From the NCBI RefSeq assembly GCF_001194135.2, contig NC_068986.1, positions 58,173,163 through 58,237,162 of the forward strand: a DNA stretch of 64,000 nt, given 5' to 3'. The notes under the pieces are model-generated. The model was not told where the DNA came from and did not search any database. It saw only the letters and a program-made list of their open reading frames with translations. Positions 13,883 through 27,775 of this stretch are shown here, piece after piece (the stretch's first letter is position 1; each line of letters begins with the position of its first letter). This DNA comes from Octopus bimaculoides (taxonomy: Eukaryota). A program made the translations under genes and the position numbers.

Positions 13883-16179
13883 TATAGGAATAATAATCTA
13901 AGCTGGTTTATTTCAGGATAGGTGATCCTATGCATTTTTCTACATGTATATCTGAATATATTATATAAATAATATCATTACTAATAATATTTATATTGAT
14001 AATATACTTCCTATATTGTAATGAAACAAGTAACATGAAATAACTGATATACCAAACTTCCCAGTGTTTATTTTAAAATATATATACATATTATTTATGT
14101 ATGTAACAATGCATGATATATGTATTGCGTGCGCGCGCGCGTGTGGGTGCGTGCGTGTGTATGTGTGTGTGTGTTACAGTATTGCCATAAAAACGCGAGC
14201 TCTAATTACATTAATATCTTAACAAAACTTATCGGCAAAGAGAAATTTCTCAAGTGTGACTTCTGCATTAAAAACATATAGTTAAGCGCAAGCTACGACA
14301 CGCCATGTTCATAACCTTTATACATGTGCGCTCAAACACACAGGTGTGTAGATGTGAATTTTCAATAATGCTTAAATATATTTTGTTTTCAATGAATAGG
14401 AAGGTAGACAACCCTTCATAGTGTGTATTTATTTCTGGAACTAAATATGAACTTTAAAATATTGAGTTTAGGCATATGTGTGTTTGTAAATATATGGTGT
14501 GTGTGTGTGTGTGTATAGGTATATGTATATATACACACACAGATATATATATATATATATATATATATANNNNNNNNNNNNNNNNNNNNNNNNNNNNNNN
14601 NNNNNNNNNNNNNNNNNNNNNNNNNNNNNNNNNNNNNNNNNNNNNNNNNNNNNNNNNNNNNNNNNNNNNNNNNNNNNNNNNNNNNNNNNNNNNNNNNNNN
14701 NNNNNNNNNNNNNNNNNNNNNNNNNNNNNNNNNNNNNNNNNNNNNNNNNNNNNNNNNNNNNNNNNNNNNNNNNNNNNNNNNNNNNNNNNNNNNNNNNNNN
14801 NNNNNNNNNNNNNNNNNNNNNNNNNNNNNNNNNNNNNNNNNNNNNNNNNNNNNNNNNNNNNNNNNNNNNNNNNNNNNNNNNNNNNNNNNNNNNNNNNNNN
14901 NNNNNNNNNNNNNNNNNNNNNNNNNNNNNNNNNNNNNNNNNNNNNNNNNNNNNNNNNNNNNNNNNNNNNNNNNNNNNNNNNNNNNNNNNNNNNNNNNNNN
15001 NNNNNNNNNNNNNNNNNNNNNNNNNNNNNNNNNNNNNNNNNNNNNNNNNNNNNNNNNNNNNNNNNNNNNNNNNNNNNNNNNNNNNNNNNNNNNNNNNNNN
15101 NNNNNNNNNNNNNNNNNNNNNNNNNNNNNNNNNNNNNNNNNNNNNNNNNNNNNNNNNNNNNNNNNNNNNNNNNNNNNNNNNNNNNNNNNNNNNNNNNNNN
15201 NNNNNNNNNNNNNNNNNNNNNNNNNNNNNNNNNNNNNNNNNNNNNNNNNNNNNNNNNNNNNNNNNNNNNNNNNNNNNNNNNNNNNNNNNNNNNNNNNNNN
15301 NNNNNNNNNNNNNNNNNNNNNNNNNNNGTGTTCATGCTATATATGTACACACACACACACACACACACACACAAATATACACTTGTATGTAAATATGTAG
15401 ATATATATAAACGTAAACGTATAAATGCATGTATTTATAATGTTAATATACATACATATGTAAATATATATGCATGCCTCAAAATATATACTTATATGTA
15501 TATTTATGTATATATCATGTGTATAAAACTAAACATGTATCATCTACATACATGTACACATGCATGGAAATACAACATACACACTGGTGTATGTTTGTGC
15601 ATATATATATATATATATACGTGCATAAATGTAAAAACTTGTGCATAATATGTATTAGTGTTCATGTTGTATCAGATAAACTGATAAATTCAAGAAAAAA
15701 ATGGAATTTTTCCTCATTATTTGGTTTGGTTTGTTGGAGAAGCGCCACAGGCTTCAGTAATTCTTTCGTGGAATCTATATTGGCTTTGTTGGTGATTTTT
15801 TTTCTTTTCTGTTATTTTTCCTTTTAGTTACTTTCTTTGAAATTCTACTTTTTGTTTCCTTAGTGTTCTCTTGAACTTGAATTGAGAAGATAATTTAGGT
15901 GTCTTGGAGCATCTAAGAAATACAGTATACAGTTGCAGATATACATATTTGCCTGTGTTTATACATTTTATATATATCTATACTTATGTATCTGTACATG
16001 TGTGTATATTCATGTGTATATAGACATATATCTACATAAATGCTTACACATGTATCAACTTATACAAACGTTCATGCTGATATATACACATATAAGTATA
16101 CATATTCATTTATATACATATATATTAACACACTCATATACGTGTGTTATATATATATATATATATATATATGCATAAG

Positions 16180-16214
<35 letters not shown>

Positions 16215-19191
16215 ATACACACACATATTAATGTACATTTGTGTATGTTTGTATAAATAAAGACAGATTTTATATATAGACATATATATGTATGCAAAGA
16301 ATATATATGTATGTAAAGAAAGAGAACACACACACACACACACACACACACATGGTGTGTGTATAACGATATTTTAAGTACTAACTTTACACCCACTTAT
16401 AAACCCGCAGAGAAATAAACACGAGGCGTGTATATCGTTGCATGTGGGGAATATGTAATAACAATAAATCTGTTCACACACACGTATTTATATAGCTCAG
16501 AAAATACATATATGCGTGTATATACTTACAAATATGTTGTTGTTGTTGTTGCATGTGTGCGTGTTGTGTGTGCGCGCGCGCGCAGTTATAGAGGGAAAAT
16601 ATAGTAGTTTTTCCTGTTTAACCCCAATCAGAAACCTTCGATCAGAGTGAATCTTCCAAGTGAACATCATGTATCTATTTTTAAAGGATTATCTAAAAAT
16701 TGCATCATTTAATATATGTATCCTTTGCTTTCTTAAGAGAGTTGCGCTTAATTTTGAATGCAATTTGGCTGCTATCTTTACCAGGTTGGGCGATGACTGT
16801 GGAATCCACTTTGTAGGTACGCATACGTTTGTATACATATGTTCATATATAATAAAAATATTAGAGATGCATGTTGAAATTTACAGCTCTAGAGTGTATC
16901 CCTATGTATGTATGTAAAATGCTTGTGCGTAGATGAGTTTGTGATCTATATTGCAAGAGCGATGTACAATTGGTAGAAGATGGAGTAAAGATAAATACTA
17001 AATCTACAAGTAGCACATGACAGTGGTGGCATGAACAATTAGTATGTATATATATATATATATATATATGAATTTATGCAAGCGTTTTCTAACAATTTTA
17101 ACTACCTATCTATCTGTTCTTTAATAACTTCACAAGCGGCCTTTGGTGTGTGGAGGATACAGCGTCCATGTATATAAATATGTGTGTGTGTGTGTTTGTG
17201 TGAAAACAAATATACGTATATTTTTGTATTGTTTCACATCTATTACATACGTATGTAGTATAATGATATCCAGATGAATTCGATGATTTCCTCCAGACTT
17301 AAAGGTTTCGTGCAGTTAACGTTAGTCAAATGTATATATCGGTGTGTTTAAAAGAATTACACACACATTTCTACGTATATCTATGTAATGGTACGCTATG
17401 CCAGTGTGTGTGTATTTTGTTTGCTATTTAAAATGTATATTTGATACTGTCATGTGTGACGTATATCTTTAAATATATATGAGTATACATATATCCGTGT
17501 CTATAGTCAAATTTTGTTTTAGAGTTATATGAACTTAAATATTTCTCTGCAAGCATTTGTGTGTTCAGTACCCGCGTTGATGGTTAACTTCACAAACATA
17601 TCGCATGACTCTCTTACTTATGTTTAAATTAACTTGCACACCCGCAAGTAAACTAGCTGTAAGCAATACACACACACGTATAGATATTCATACACACACC
17701 CTCACACATTTATATATCCCACCTAATACATTGATAATTACACACACACAAACGAACTTTGAATTTATATTTAAATATGTGTGTGTGTGTGTGTGTGTGT
17801 GTGTATTATAGCGATGTCCATTCAGAATCGTTTGAGAGGTGGGTATATGTTCCACCTCCTTATGTTCTGAGTTCAAATATTTTTTGTTCGATGTTCGTTT
17901 AAAAGATAAAACTAGCTAAGTTCGATCCTCTCTCGATTCATCTATATTTAGGACATTCCTCTTGATCAAGTGTGTCCGTGTCTGATATATATATATATAT
18001 ATATACAAACACTATTTCTTTAGTGCCTATCGTATTCTAGTCCTTCCTGAACTACCATATACGTGTATATACACACACATACTATTGATGTGTGAGTATG
18101 CATACTGTCCATACATTCGGGGAGATGAATGCACAGTATACATGCTACGGTTTGTGGGTACATCGAATACCTATTGCCCCATTCATATTTAATTGGATTG
18201 TATGTTACATGATTTCAGTTTACATATATATATACAGACACATAGCTATTTGTGTGTGTGTGTGTGTGTGTGTGCAGAAATAACATACACAAAGAGATTT
18301 ATGTGTGTATGTAAGCAGTAAAACATACAGAATATGAATAAACTTTATATTTAAGTGGTCGATTACAAAACGCTTTCATGTATTCGCGTTTGTGCTTTCA
18401 TTTGAGAGCGTTTGCTGAGAATTACAATTACATTGATTATGCATAATCTACACACTGCAACCAGCACGTACATATCTGTATACACAACCATACAGGTACA
18501 CCACACTGAACCATACATCCCTACATATAGACATAGCTACGCATACACTTAATGTACCGAGTTTTAAAAGAAAATGAAAGCTATACATAGCGCGTATATC
18601 CTATTTTCTTTTCTTTTGTAATATACATACATGAGTATGTATATATATATATATATATATCATCATAAATATACAGGGATTAGCAATTGAGATCCCTGTA
18701 TATTTATGATGATAAATAGTTTTACCGATAAAGGTTTTTTTCATACTGAACTACTTGGCAAAATTGTTAATTATTAATTCTATTATTAATTGACGATTCT
18801 CTGCCCTTATTCTTGNNNNNNNNNNNNNNNNNNNNNNNNNNNNNNNNNNNNNNNNNNNNNNNNNNNNNNNNNNNNNNNNNNNNNNNNNNNNNNNNNNNNN
18901 NNNNNNNNNNNNNNNNNNNNNNNNNNNNNNNNNNNNATATATATATATATATATATATATATACATGTTTATATCCATAGCAAGACCATAACATACATGT
19001 GTACCGCGAGATACAGCTGACAGACCTCCCACACATGTCCTACAAAACTACTTAATATACATACATACGTGAATATACACACCTGCCTAAATTGTATACA
19101 TACTTATATTACTACCTACCGCAAATAATTTTAAATGAGACATACGAAGTATGCATGTTTCACTGGGATTACTAACCATCAACGCAATACA

Positions 19192-19237
<46 letters not shown>

Positions 19238-20089
19238 TATACATATACCTTACAGGTACACAACACATAACATTCTACGTATGCAACCAGAGTTATGTAC
19301 ACAACATAATTTGTTTAATTTCCGTGCATAGCGACAAAATAACATAAGCTAACCATACGTACGCGCTACATATACGTAGCTACACTAAATATGTTGAATC
19401 ACGCACCTATATACACGCTTTCAGAATACTGCTAAACATGCGCAATTTTCACACTTTTTCTGAGAGGTCTGCTGTAGCCCCATACAGTTTATACTGCACG
19501 TTATTCCGATGCATGCAAGTGTTTGTGTGTGTGCGCGCATTTATATATATATATATATATATATATNNNNNNNNNNNNNNNNNNNNNNNNNNNNNNNNNN
19601 NNNNNNNNNNNNNNNNNNNNNNNNNNNNNNNNNNNNNNNNNNNNNNNNNNNNNNNNNNNNNNNNNNNNNNNNNNNNNNNNNNNNNNNNNNNNNNNNNNNN
19701 NNNNNNNNNNNNNNNNNNNNNNNNNNNNNNNNNNNNNNNNNNNNNNNNNNNNNNNNNNNNNNNNNNNNNNNNNNNNNNNNNNNNNNNNNNNNNNNNNNNN
19801 NNNNNNNNNNNNNNNNNNNNNNNNNNNNNNNNNNNNNNNNNNNNNNNNNNNNNNNNNNNNNNNNNNNNNNNNNNNNNNNNNNNNNNNNNNNNNNNNNNNN
19901 NNNNNNNNNNNNNNNNNNNNNNNNNNNNNNNNNNNNNTATACAGCGAGAGAGAGAGAGATATATATCTGCACACTCACACACGCTTATATTCTGATATTC
20001 GATGAGAATATAATCGGAGTATGTTTGTCGACGAGATAACTTGTGTACCAGACACAGTATGTATTGCATTAACTTATCATGAATCCTCC

Positions 20090-20124
<35 letters not shown>

Positions 20125-21760
20125 GTGCATATTATACAACATAACTACGATAAATACGTATAGCCCGCAATCAAGCATATCTACAAGCGAGCTAAATATG
20201 TTGCTAGAACCATGGATAGCACACATCGTACACAAGCACACACAAATACATTTATATATATATATATACATTTATATGTACAGACATGTATACGTACATA
20301 CATACATTGCACACATAAACTTATTTCACGTACTAGAAACTTACGTTTCAGATGCGTATGTGTATGAATATATATATATATATANNNNNNNNNNNNNNNN
20401 NNNNNNNNNNNNNNNNNNNNNNNNNNNNNNNNNNNNNNNNNNNNNNNNNNNNNNNNNNNNNNNNNNNNNNNNNNNNNNNNNNNNNNNNNNNNNNNNNNNN
20501 NNNNNNNNNNNNNNNNNNNNNNNNNNNNNNNNNNNNNNNNNNNNNNNNNNNNNNNNNNNNNNNNNNNNNNNNNNNNNNNNNNNNNNNNNNNNNNNNNNNN
20601 NNNNNNNNNNNNNNNNNNNNNNNNNNNNNNNNNNNNNNNNNNNNNNNNNNNNNNNNNNNNNNNNNNNNNNNNNNNNNNNNNNNNNNNNNNNNNNNNNNNN
20701 NNNNNNNNNNNNNNNNNNNNNNNNNNNNNNNNNNNNNNNNNNNNNNNNNNNNNNNNNNNNNNNNNNNNNNNNNNNNNNNNNNNNNNNNNNNNNNNNNNNN
20801 NNNNNNNNNNNNNNNNNNNNNNNNNNNNNNNNNNNNNNNNNNNNNNNNNNNNNNNNNNNNNNNNNNNNNNNNNNNNNNNNNNNNNNNNNNNNNNNNNNNN
20901 NNNNNNNNNNNNNNNNNNNNNNNNNNNNNNNNNNNNNNNNNNNNNNNNNNNNNNNNNNNNNNNNNNNNNNNNNNNNNNNNNNNNNNNNNNNNNNNNNNAA
21001 GTGATCAGCATCATTAATTAGACACTTAACCGTTTAGCCCTTAATTTAATTTTACATACACACATACATACATGTATGTGTCTATGTATATATACCTATT
21101 CTTATAACGTATGTTTATAATAATATTAACATTATATGTGGTGTATCTATATTGTATTTTCTTTGTTTTGTTGTTTTGGTCATATTTACTTACTTTTACA
21201 AGAGTGATAAAAGTCCATCATATTAATATTGGTATTATGGTAACGATACGCCGTACTTAGATCCATGTTTTTTTTTTGTTTTTTGTTTTTTTTTTTTAAA
21301 GTTCTGTTGACAGCGGGACCGCTCGTCAACCAACCAGCCGTTGGAGCGTGTTGGACTTGTTGTAATAGTTGTAGTAGTAGTTGTAGTGCTGCTGGTTCTG
21401 GTTGTGGTAGTGGTGGTGTTGTTGATAATTTGCTGTAGTATTAGTAGCAGCAGCAGCAGTAACAGCAGCAGTAGCGATAGTGGTGGCGGTGGTGGAACTG
21501 CTGAATTTTTTTATTTTCTTTTGTATTATTTTGTTGTTAAATTTTTTGTGTATGGTGGCTTATATGTGTCTGTATGAATGTGTGTGTATATGTGGAGCGA
21601 CGGTTTTTGTTTTAAGAATCTATTTAGTTAATGCTCTTTCTTGTGTATATATGTGTGCAGATAGATATGCATGAATACAGATATATAAGTGTGGGTTCAT
21701 AAGTGTCCGTATATACAATATATGTATGTGTGTGTGTGTGTGTGTGTCTACATATATATA

Positions 21761-21793
<33 letters not shown>

Positions 21794-22881
21794 GTGTGCA
21801 TGTAAATTAGTAATCGTTTGTCAGCGCTCCCATCTGAAAGGGGGTACCACTCTTGTTATTTGTGCCTGTGTCGCCCGCCGACACGCCACAGAACTACAGC
21901 AACACCTCCCACTCTCCCTCTCTTTCTCTCTCTCTCTCACTGTCACAGACTTCCTCCTTCTCCTACTCCTCCTACTTCAGTTTGTTGTTGTTGATGTTTC
22001 TTGTTTCTTGTCTTTGAATATTTCTTTCCCTTGTACTTGTCATCTTCCACAACACAGTACATCTCTTTCTCCTACTCCTCCTACTTCTGCTCTGTATACT
22101 CTCACTCCTCCCACTTTCTGAGCCTCACTTTCATTAATTCTTCCGTATAGAAAAAATAAAATACAATAAAATAAAACGAGAACATGGAAAATGAAAAATA
22201 ACAAAAAAATTAGAATCATCATCATTATCATCAATAACAAAATCAGTCACATCAGCAGTAGCAACAGCAACACGTTGAATTGATATTATTTTACTTTTAA
22301 ACCGATGGAAACGTTTACCGAAGCAATCCACAATAAACATTTTCTTCGTAAAACCACATACTTTCATTTACACACACATACACACACAAATATACATACA
22401 CACACACAACTAGTTAACTAGATAGATAGATTAAGACAAGGCATAAATGTTGGTCATTACATATTACTTTACCGCAATAAATTCGAGTTATATATATTAT
22501 ATATACATATGTGTGTGTATGTATGTGTGTGTGTGTGCGTATGTTTGTATGTATGCATGCATGTATGTATGCATTGTTCTTCCAATTTCCACAAGGCATT
22601 AGTTCGGGTTGAATCCAGCCCAACCACGCAGATTGAACCCGTACTCACGTGTTTCCACACTGAACTACTAAACCACGCAGTTATAGCTGTAGATTCTTTC
22701 TGTGAATGACTGAAGTTCTCGTCCTCATGGTAAAAGTCGGGAGATTTTCAGATAACCACCACTAACCATTCGTTGCGTTCATCATTCTCTCTTCGGAATC
22801 AATAGGGATGATATGTATGTATATGTGTATGTATGTATGTATGTGTGGTATGTGCTTGTGTATATACATATATATATATAC

Positions 22882-23045
22882 CAGGTGTGGCCGTGGAGTA
22901 AGAATTTTGCTTCACAACTACATGATTCCGGGTTCAGTCTCACAGCGGGACAACTTGGGCAGGTGCCTTCAAAAATAGCCTAAGGCCGACCAAAGCCTTA
23001 TAAGTAGATTTGGTATATGGAAACTGAGAGAAGCCAGTCGTGTAT
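22882..23045 (+). mobile_element. SINE-B 5' half
   Basis: caggtgtggccgtggagtaag...ccgggttcagtctcacagcgggacaacttgggcaggtg...ggccgaccaaagcc...ggaaactgagagaagcc. Confidence 0.8.
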
Positions 23046-23050
23046 GGGTG

Positions 23051-23112
<62 letters not shown>

Positions 23113-23325
23113 ATATACATATATGTATATATATACATACATATATTATATGTGTGCGTGTGTGTGTGCAAATGTATATATATATATATATAAATATGCA
23201 CACACGCACACATAAATCTATGTATATATACCAAGCGTAAGGAAAAAGAACTTCAATATTTAGTTATATTCAGAGTTAATAAAAATTTATTGTGATTATT
23301 ATTATCATCATCATCATCAGCATCA

Positions 23326-23380
<55 letters not shown>

Positions 23381-23383
<3 letters not shown>

Positions 23384-23594
23384 GGCGGTGAGCTGGCAAA
23401 ATCGTTAGCATGTTGGGTGTCGTGCTTAGCGGTATTTTGCCCCTCGCTACGTTCTGAATTCAAATTCCACCGAGGCCAAATTTGCCTTTCATCCTTTTGG
23501 GTCGATAAATCAAGTACCAGCTGAGTACTAGGGTCGATGTAATTGACTATCCCCTTCCCCACAAATTCCAGGCCTTCTGCCTATAATAGAAAGG

Positions 23595-23630
<36 letters not shown>

Positions 23631-23850
23631 CTGTTGAGCTGGCAGAATTTTAGCACGCCGTGCGAAATACTTAGTGGTATTTCGTCTGTCTTCGTGTTCT
23701 GAGTTCAAATTCCACCGAGGTCAACTTTGCCTTTCATCCTTTCTGGATCAATGAAATAAGTACCAGTTACGCACTTGGGTCGATTTAATCAGCTTGACCC
23801 TCCCCCATAATTTCAGACCTTGTGCCTATAGTAGAAAGGATTATTATTTA
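23381..23850 (+). mobile_element. Two tandem SINE-A copies in an (ATT)n array
   Basis: taaggcggtgagctggcaaaatcgttagc at 23381; second copy gagctggcagaa at about 23636; both end in gcctat(a/g)atagaaaggattatt. Confidence 0.92.
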
Positions 23851-23884
23851 AGTTGCTGAAGTAGAACCCTTGACCCTAGCATTT

Positions 23885-24230
23885 CCCCGGGACTAGTAAG
23901 ATGCATATCGCTAATATTTCTGCTCTAGGTCAACATCTGCCGGAAATACATGAGGATGGAAGATTCCAGAGGGTCGATATTCCAAAGATAAAGGATTGGA
24001 TATAGCAGTGAGGAGAAAGAGGTAATGGGCGCAACAATTTTGACGAGAGGTGGGTCGGCATTACTTCAGTGATGTAGGTAAGAAACCTGTCTTTTCATGG
24101 AAGGAGAGGCCATCATAATAGCGACAGAAAAGGCCAATAGGAGGAGACAAACTCGCCTGTGGGCGTACTCATCAGTGATGGAGTGCCATTCAACCGAGTG
24201 GCCTTCTCTAGATGGGATCTAGGGTGTCAG
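23885..24230 (-). mobile_element. Decayed 3'-terminal ORF2 fragment of a CR1/L2/Jockey-group LINE
   Basis: RC translates, with frameshifts, to AHRR / LFCRYYDGL / LWNL / PHVFPADVDLE, the C-terminal HRR..LFYRYY.G..LWN.LP..VFP pattern of these LINEs. Confidence 0.6.
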
Positions 24231-24334
24231 TGTACGCTGTATTTACGGCGACTTTCAGATTACAACTTTTCGCTACAGCTTATCGTATTGTAATGGAACG
24301 ACTTGTATATACGTTCCATGGTTGATCAAACAAG

Positions 24335-25400
24335 CTTTGAAAATACAGATTCCAAAAGTCTGACGTTCGTAATTTAAATTTTATCGTTTAATGAAATAGA
24401 ATATAAATATAACTGAAAATTTACACAATTTGATACTGTAGAATTTTACATATGCATTACTAAGCCTTTTCTTAAGACTTTGGTAAGAATTTTAGGGACT
24501 CCTGATTAGAGACTGTGAAATTTGGGTGATAATGCACACCAGGAAATCTTTATATACCTCAAATATGGTTTGGGTCAAAGGTAATCATGATGAGTTATTT
24601 GACGTGGTGATTTGACTATGGGCTTCTTTGATGGGACTCAGTTTTATTAGCTAGTTGAATTATAGGAAATTCTACCTCACAGTTTTCAGCCTTTGTAGAA
24701 ATGATGGCCTATTATTTTACGCTATATAAATGAATGGCCACCAGTTTAAAATCTTAGGAAGGATCTTGTTAATGCACTTCAAGGGTTTAGCTTAATGTCA
24801 GTTATTACCAGCATCAAGTAGTTAATTTTGAAGACATTACGTTTGACTTAAACACGTGTATACATCCCTTGTATAGGAAACCCCCCACAAAAAAAGACTG
24901 TTAAAAAGTCCCCCAATTACCTTCCAGCAATCATAAAGAATTTAGTGAATAACATTAGCCTTTGCATTTCTAAAGTTTTTGTCTGTAAATGATATTGTTA
25001 ACTTGTATCACTCTATTACAATAATGCCTTTAAAAGATGGTTTCAATGAAGAAATGCAATACATTTCACTTCGTAACAACTCGTAGAGCCATCAAAATCT
25101 CGTAATCGTGACATCATCTGGATTAATAATACTAACAGCATGGAAGTGGCATACAATATTGCCAAGCCTTTCTTAAGTCAAATAAAGAAGCGATTTCCAA
25201 TTGGCCAACTATACTACACATATACTCCTTGAAAGTTAGCGACAGTTGTAATACCAATGTGAAAAATCTGATTTTCGGCAAAGACAGAAAAAATTGCAAT
25301 AGCAGCTTTTCCTTGTTTAACCAACTTACGTCTCAGTAGTTGGTATGCTGTACTAATGTGAAGGTGGCAGACCACAGTAAAATGGAGAACCCCACTGGGA
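24335..25400 (+). mobile_element. Decayed Penelope-like element reverse transcriptase plus linker (C-terminal EN+ type, Hydra-clade-like)
   Basis: Manual translation across stops and frameshifts: KFTQFDTVEFY (24417-24449), IMHTRKSL..VWVK..LFDV, TMGFFDG, SLCRNDGL (24688-24711; cf. GLYRDDGL), VVNFEDITFDLN..YRKP, NYLPAIIKNLVNNIS, YYNNA, RNRDIIWIN..SMEVAYNIAKPFL, LKVSDSCNTNVKNLI. Confidence 0.85.
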
Positions 25401-25574
25401 CCGTCTAAGAACAGGATGGTCTGCAATTCACCAAAGAATTGTAATTAAAACACTGTATTAAAAGTCGATTTAATTAAACGAACCCTTTAAGTTTGTAACA
25501 ATAAATCACTATCAAATTTAACTAGATAATTTAGTATTATCCTAACCATCATCAGCATCAGCATCATTAGGATG

Positions 25575-25965
25575 ACGCAGTAGCAGAATCGCAAGAGCAT
25601 CGGACAAACTATTTTATGGTATTAACTCCTGCTCTTTTATGAATTCAAGGCCTGTGGAAATCAACTTTGTCTTCCATCCAACGGAATCGATAAAATCAAG
25701 TATCAGCCAAGTACTAGAAGCGGCAGCATCAACTAACTCCTACCATCAAAACTGTTGACCTTAAGATTAAATTAGAAAATTTTGGATTAGCAGAATCGTT
25801 TAAAGCTCAGGAACAAAAAGAAAAAAAAACAAAAAAAAAACGCTTTACTGTATTTGTTCCGGCTCTTTACATCGAGGTCAAATCCTGTCTTTTATTCTTT
25901 CAGGCTCGATGTAATAAAGCCCCAGTCGACGGTATCGACTAACTCTTTCACCTGAAAATTGCTGG
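25575..25965 (+). mobile_element. Two diverged tandem SINE-A copies
   Basis: gcagaatcgcaagagcatcggac... and gcagaatcgtttaaagc...tcgatgtaataaagccccagtcgacggtatcgact. Confidence 0.65.
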
Positions 25966-27058
25966 TCTTATATATATATATATATATATATATNNNNNNN
26001 NNNNNNNNNNNNNNNNNNNNNNNNNNNNNNNNNNNNNNNNNNNNNNNNNNNNNNNNNNNNNNNNNNNNNNNNNNNNNNNNNNNNNNNNNNNNNNNNNNNN
26101 NNNNNNNNNNNNNNNNNNNNNNNNNNNNNNNNNNNNNNNNNNNNNNNNNNNNNNNNNNNNNNNNNNNNNNNNNNNNNNNNNNNNNNNNNNNNNNNNNNNN
26201 NNNNNNNNNNNNNNNNNNNNNNNNNNNNNNNNNNNNNNNNNNNNNNNNNNNNNNNNNNNNNNNNNNNNNNNNNNNNNNNNNNNNNNNNNNNNNNNNNNNN
26301 NNNNNNNNNNNNNNNNNNNNNNNNNNNNNNNNNNNNNNNNNNNNNNNNNNNNNNNNNNNNNNNNNNNNNNNNNNNNNNNNNNNNNNNNNNNNNNNNNNNN
26401 NNNNNNNNNNNNNNNNNNNNNNNNNNNNNNNNNNNNNNNNNNNNNNNNNNNNNNNNNNNNNNNNNNNNNNNNNNNNNNNNNNNNNNNNNNNNNNNNNNNN
26501 NNNNNNNNNNNNNNNNNNNNNNNNNNNNNNNNNNNNNNNNNNNNNNNNNNNNNNNNNNNNNNNNNNNNNNNNNNNNNNNNNNNNNNNNNNNNNNNNNNNN
26601 NNNNNNNNNNNNNNNNNNNNNNNNNNNNNNNNNNNNNNNNNNNNNNNNNNNNNNNNNNNNNNNNNNNNNNNNNNNNNNNNNNNNNNNNNNNNNNNNNNNN
26701 NNNNNNNNNNNNNNNNNCCCAGTTAGAATTTTCTTCGGGTCGAGTAGCCCATCCTGCTTAAAAGGTCCCTGAATAAGGCTTGTTTAAGGATGTTGAACGA
26801 AGCACCCATGTTTCCAGAGATGAATTATCCAAACTCCAAAGAATTCCTCTCAACACATGGCTATGATGCACATATCGTCAGCCACTAAGGGACATGCTCA
26901 ACTGTTTAAGGTCAAACAACTGAAAGCAAATCTGTGGTATTGAGCAGAATATTTGCTGTAGCTCATCTTTTATACCAAGACAAGACAATGAGCATAACAC
27001 TTCCAATCAGTTAAGATGAGAAGCCATGAAAGCCATTGCCTGGTATTGCATCGGGGTA

Positions 27059-27071
27059 TTTATTATTATTA

Positions 27072-27162
<91 letters not shown>
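27059..27162. repeat. (ATT)n(ATC)n compound microsatellite
   Basis: Direct reading; source of the poly-Ile ORF 27026-27322. Confidence 0.97.
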
Positions 27163-27450
27163 TAAGGCGGTGAGCTGGGACGAAATGCTTAACAGTATTT
27201 CGTCCGTCTTTACGCTCTCAGTTCAAATTCTACAGGGTCGACAAAAGAAGTATCAACTCAACGCTGTGGTCGAAGAAATCGACTTACTCCCTTCCCGCAA
27301 TAGCAGGAGTTTTAAAATTTGAAATAATTATTATTGTTGTTGAAGAGTAGAGATGTTACAGAATCGATAGCCCACAAGACAAAATACCTTGCTTTATTTA
27401 ATTAACGTTCTCTCAGTTCAAATCCTAATTAAACCAGTTTTGCTTTTTTC
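27163..27450 (+). mobile_element. SINE-A (internally deleted) plus a second partial copy
   Basis: taaggcggtgagctgggacgaaatgcttaacagtatttcgtccgtctttacgctctcagttcaaattc. Confidence 0.8.
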
Positions 27451-27494
27451 TCATTCCGAAATATTTTTGTTGTAAACCGTACCACGGATAACGC

Positions 27495-27775
27495 AGGCAT
27501 GTTTATGTGGTTAAGAAACTTGCTGTGTAATCACGTTGTTTTGTGTTCACTTCCACAGCGCGGCATTTTGGGTATCTTCTACTGTAGTTGCAGGCTTTGT
27601 GAATGAATTTGGTAAATGAAAACTGTGTGGAAGCTCGTAAATATGTGTGTGTCACCCCCACCATTTGACAACCGGTGTTAGTTTGTTTTTGTTTCCATAA
27701 CAGCGGTTCTGCAAAATAGACCGACAGAATGTGTACTAGACTTCAAAAAATAAGTAGTAAGGTCGATTTAAAAAA
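27495..27775 (+). mobile_element. SINE-B, diverged
   Basis: gcaggcatgtttatgtggttaagaaacttgc...ggcattttggg...gaaaactgtgtggaagc...caaccggtgttag...gaccgacagaatg. Confidence 0.75.

Noticed and set aside
16785-16816. Apparent 32-nt exon (ccag|...tag|gtacgc)
   Set aside because: The acceptor context atttggctgctatctttaccagg is a decayed copy of repeat family E (gatttggctgctatttctagcagg).
24414-24416. In-frame TGA at a Cys-like position in the PLE RT (selenocysteine idea, as in some Naiad PLEs)
   Set aside because: The relic has many stops of all types and frameshifts, and no SECIS was seen; ordinary decay explains it.
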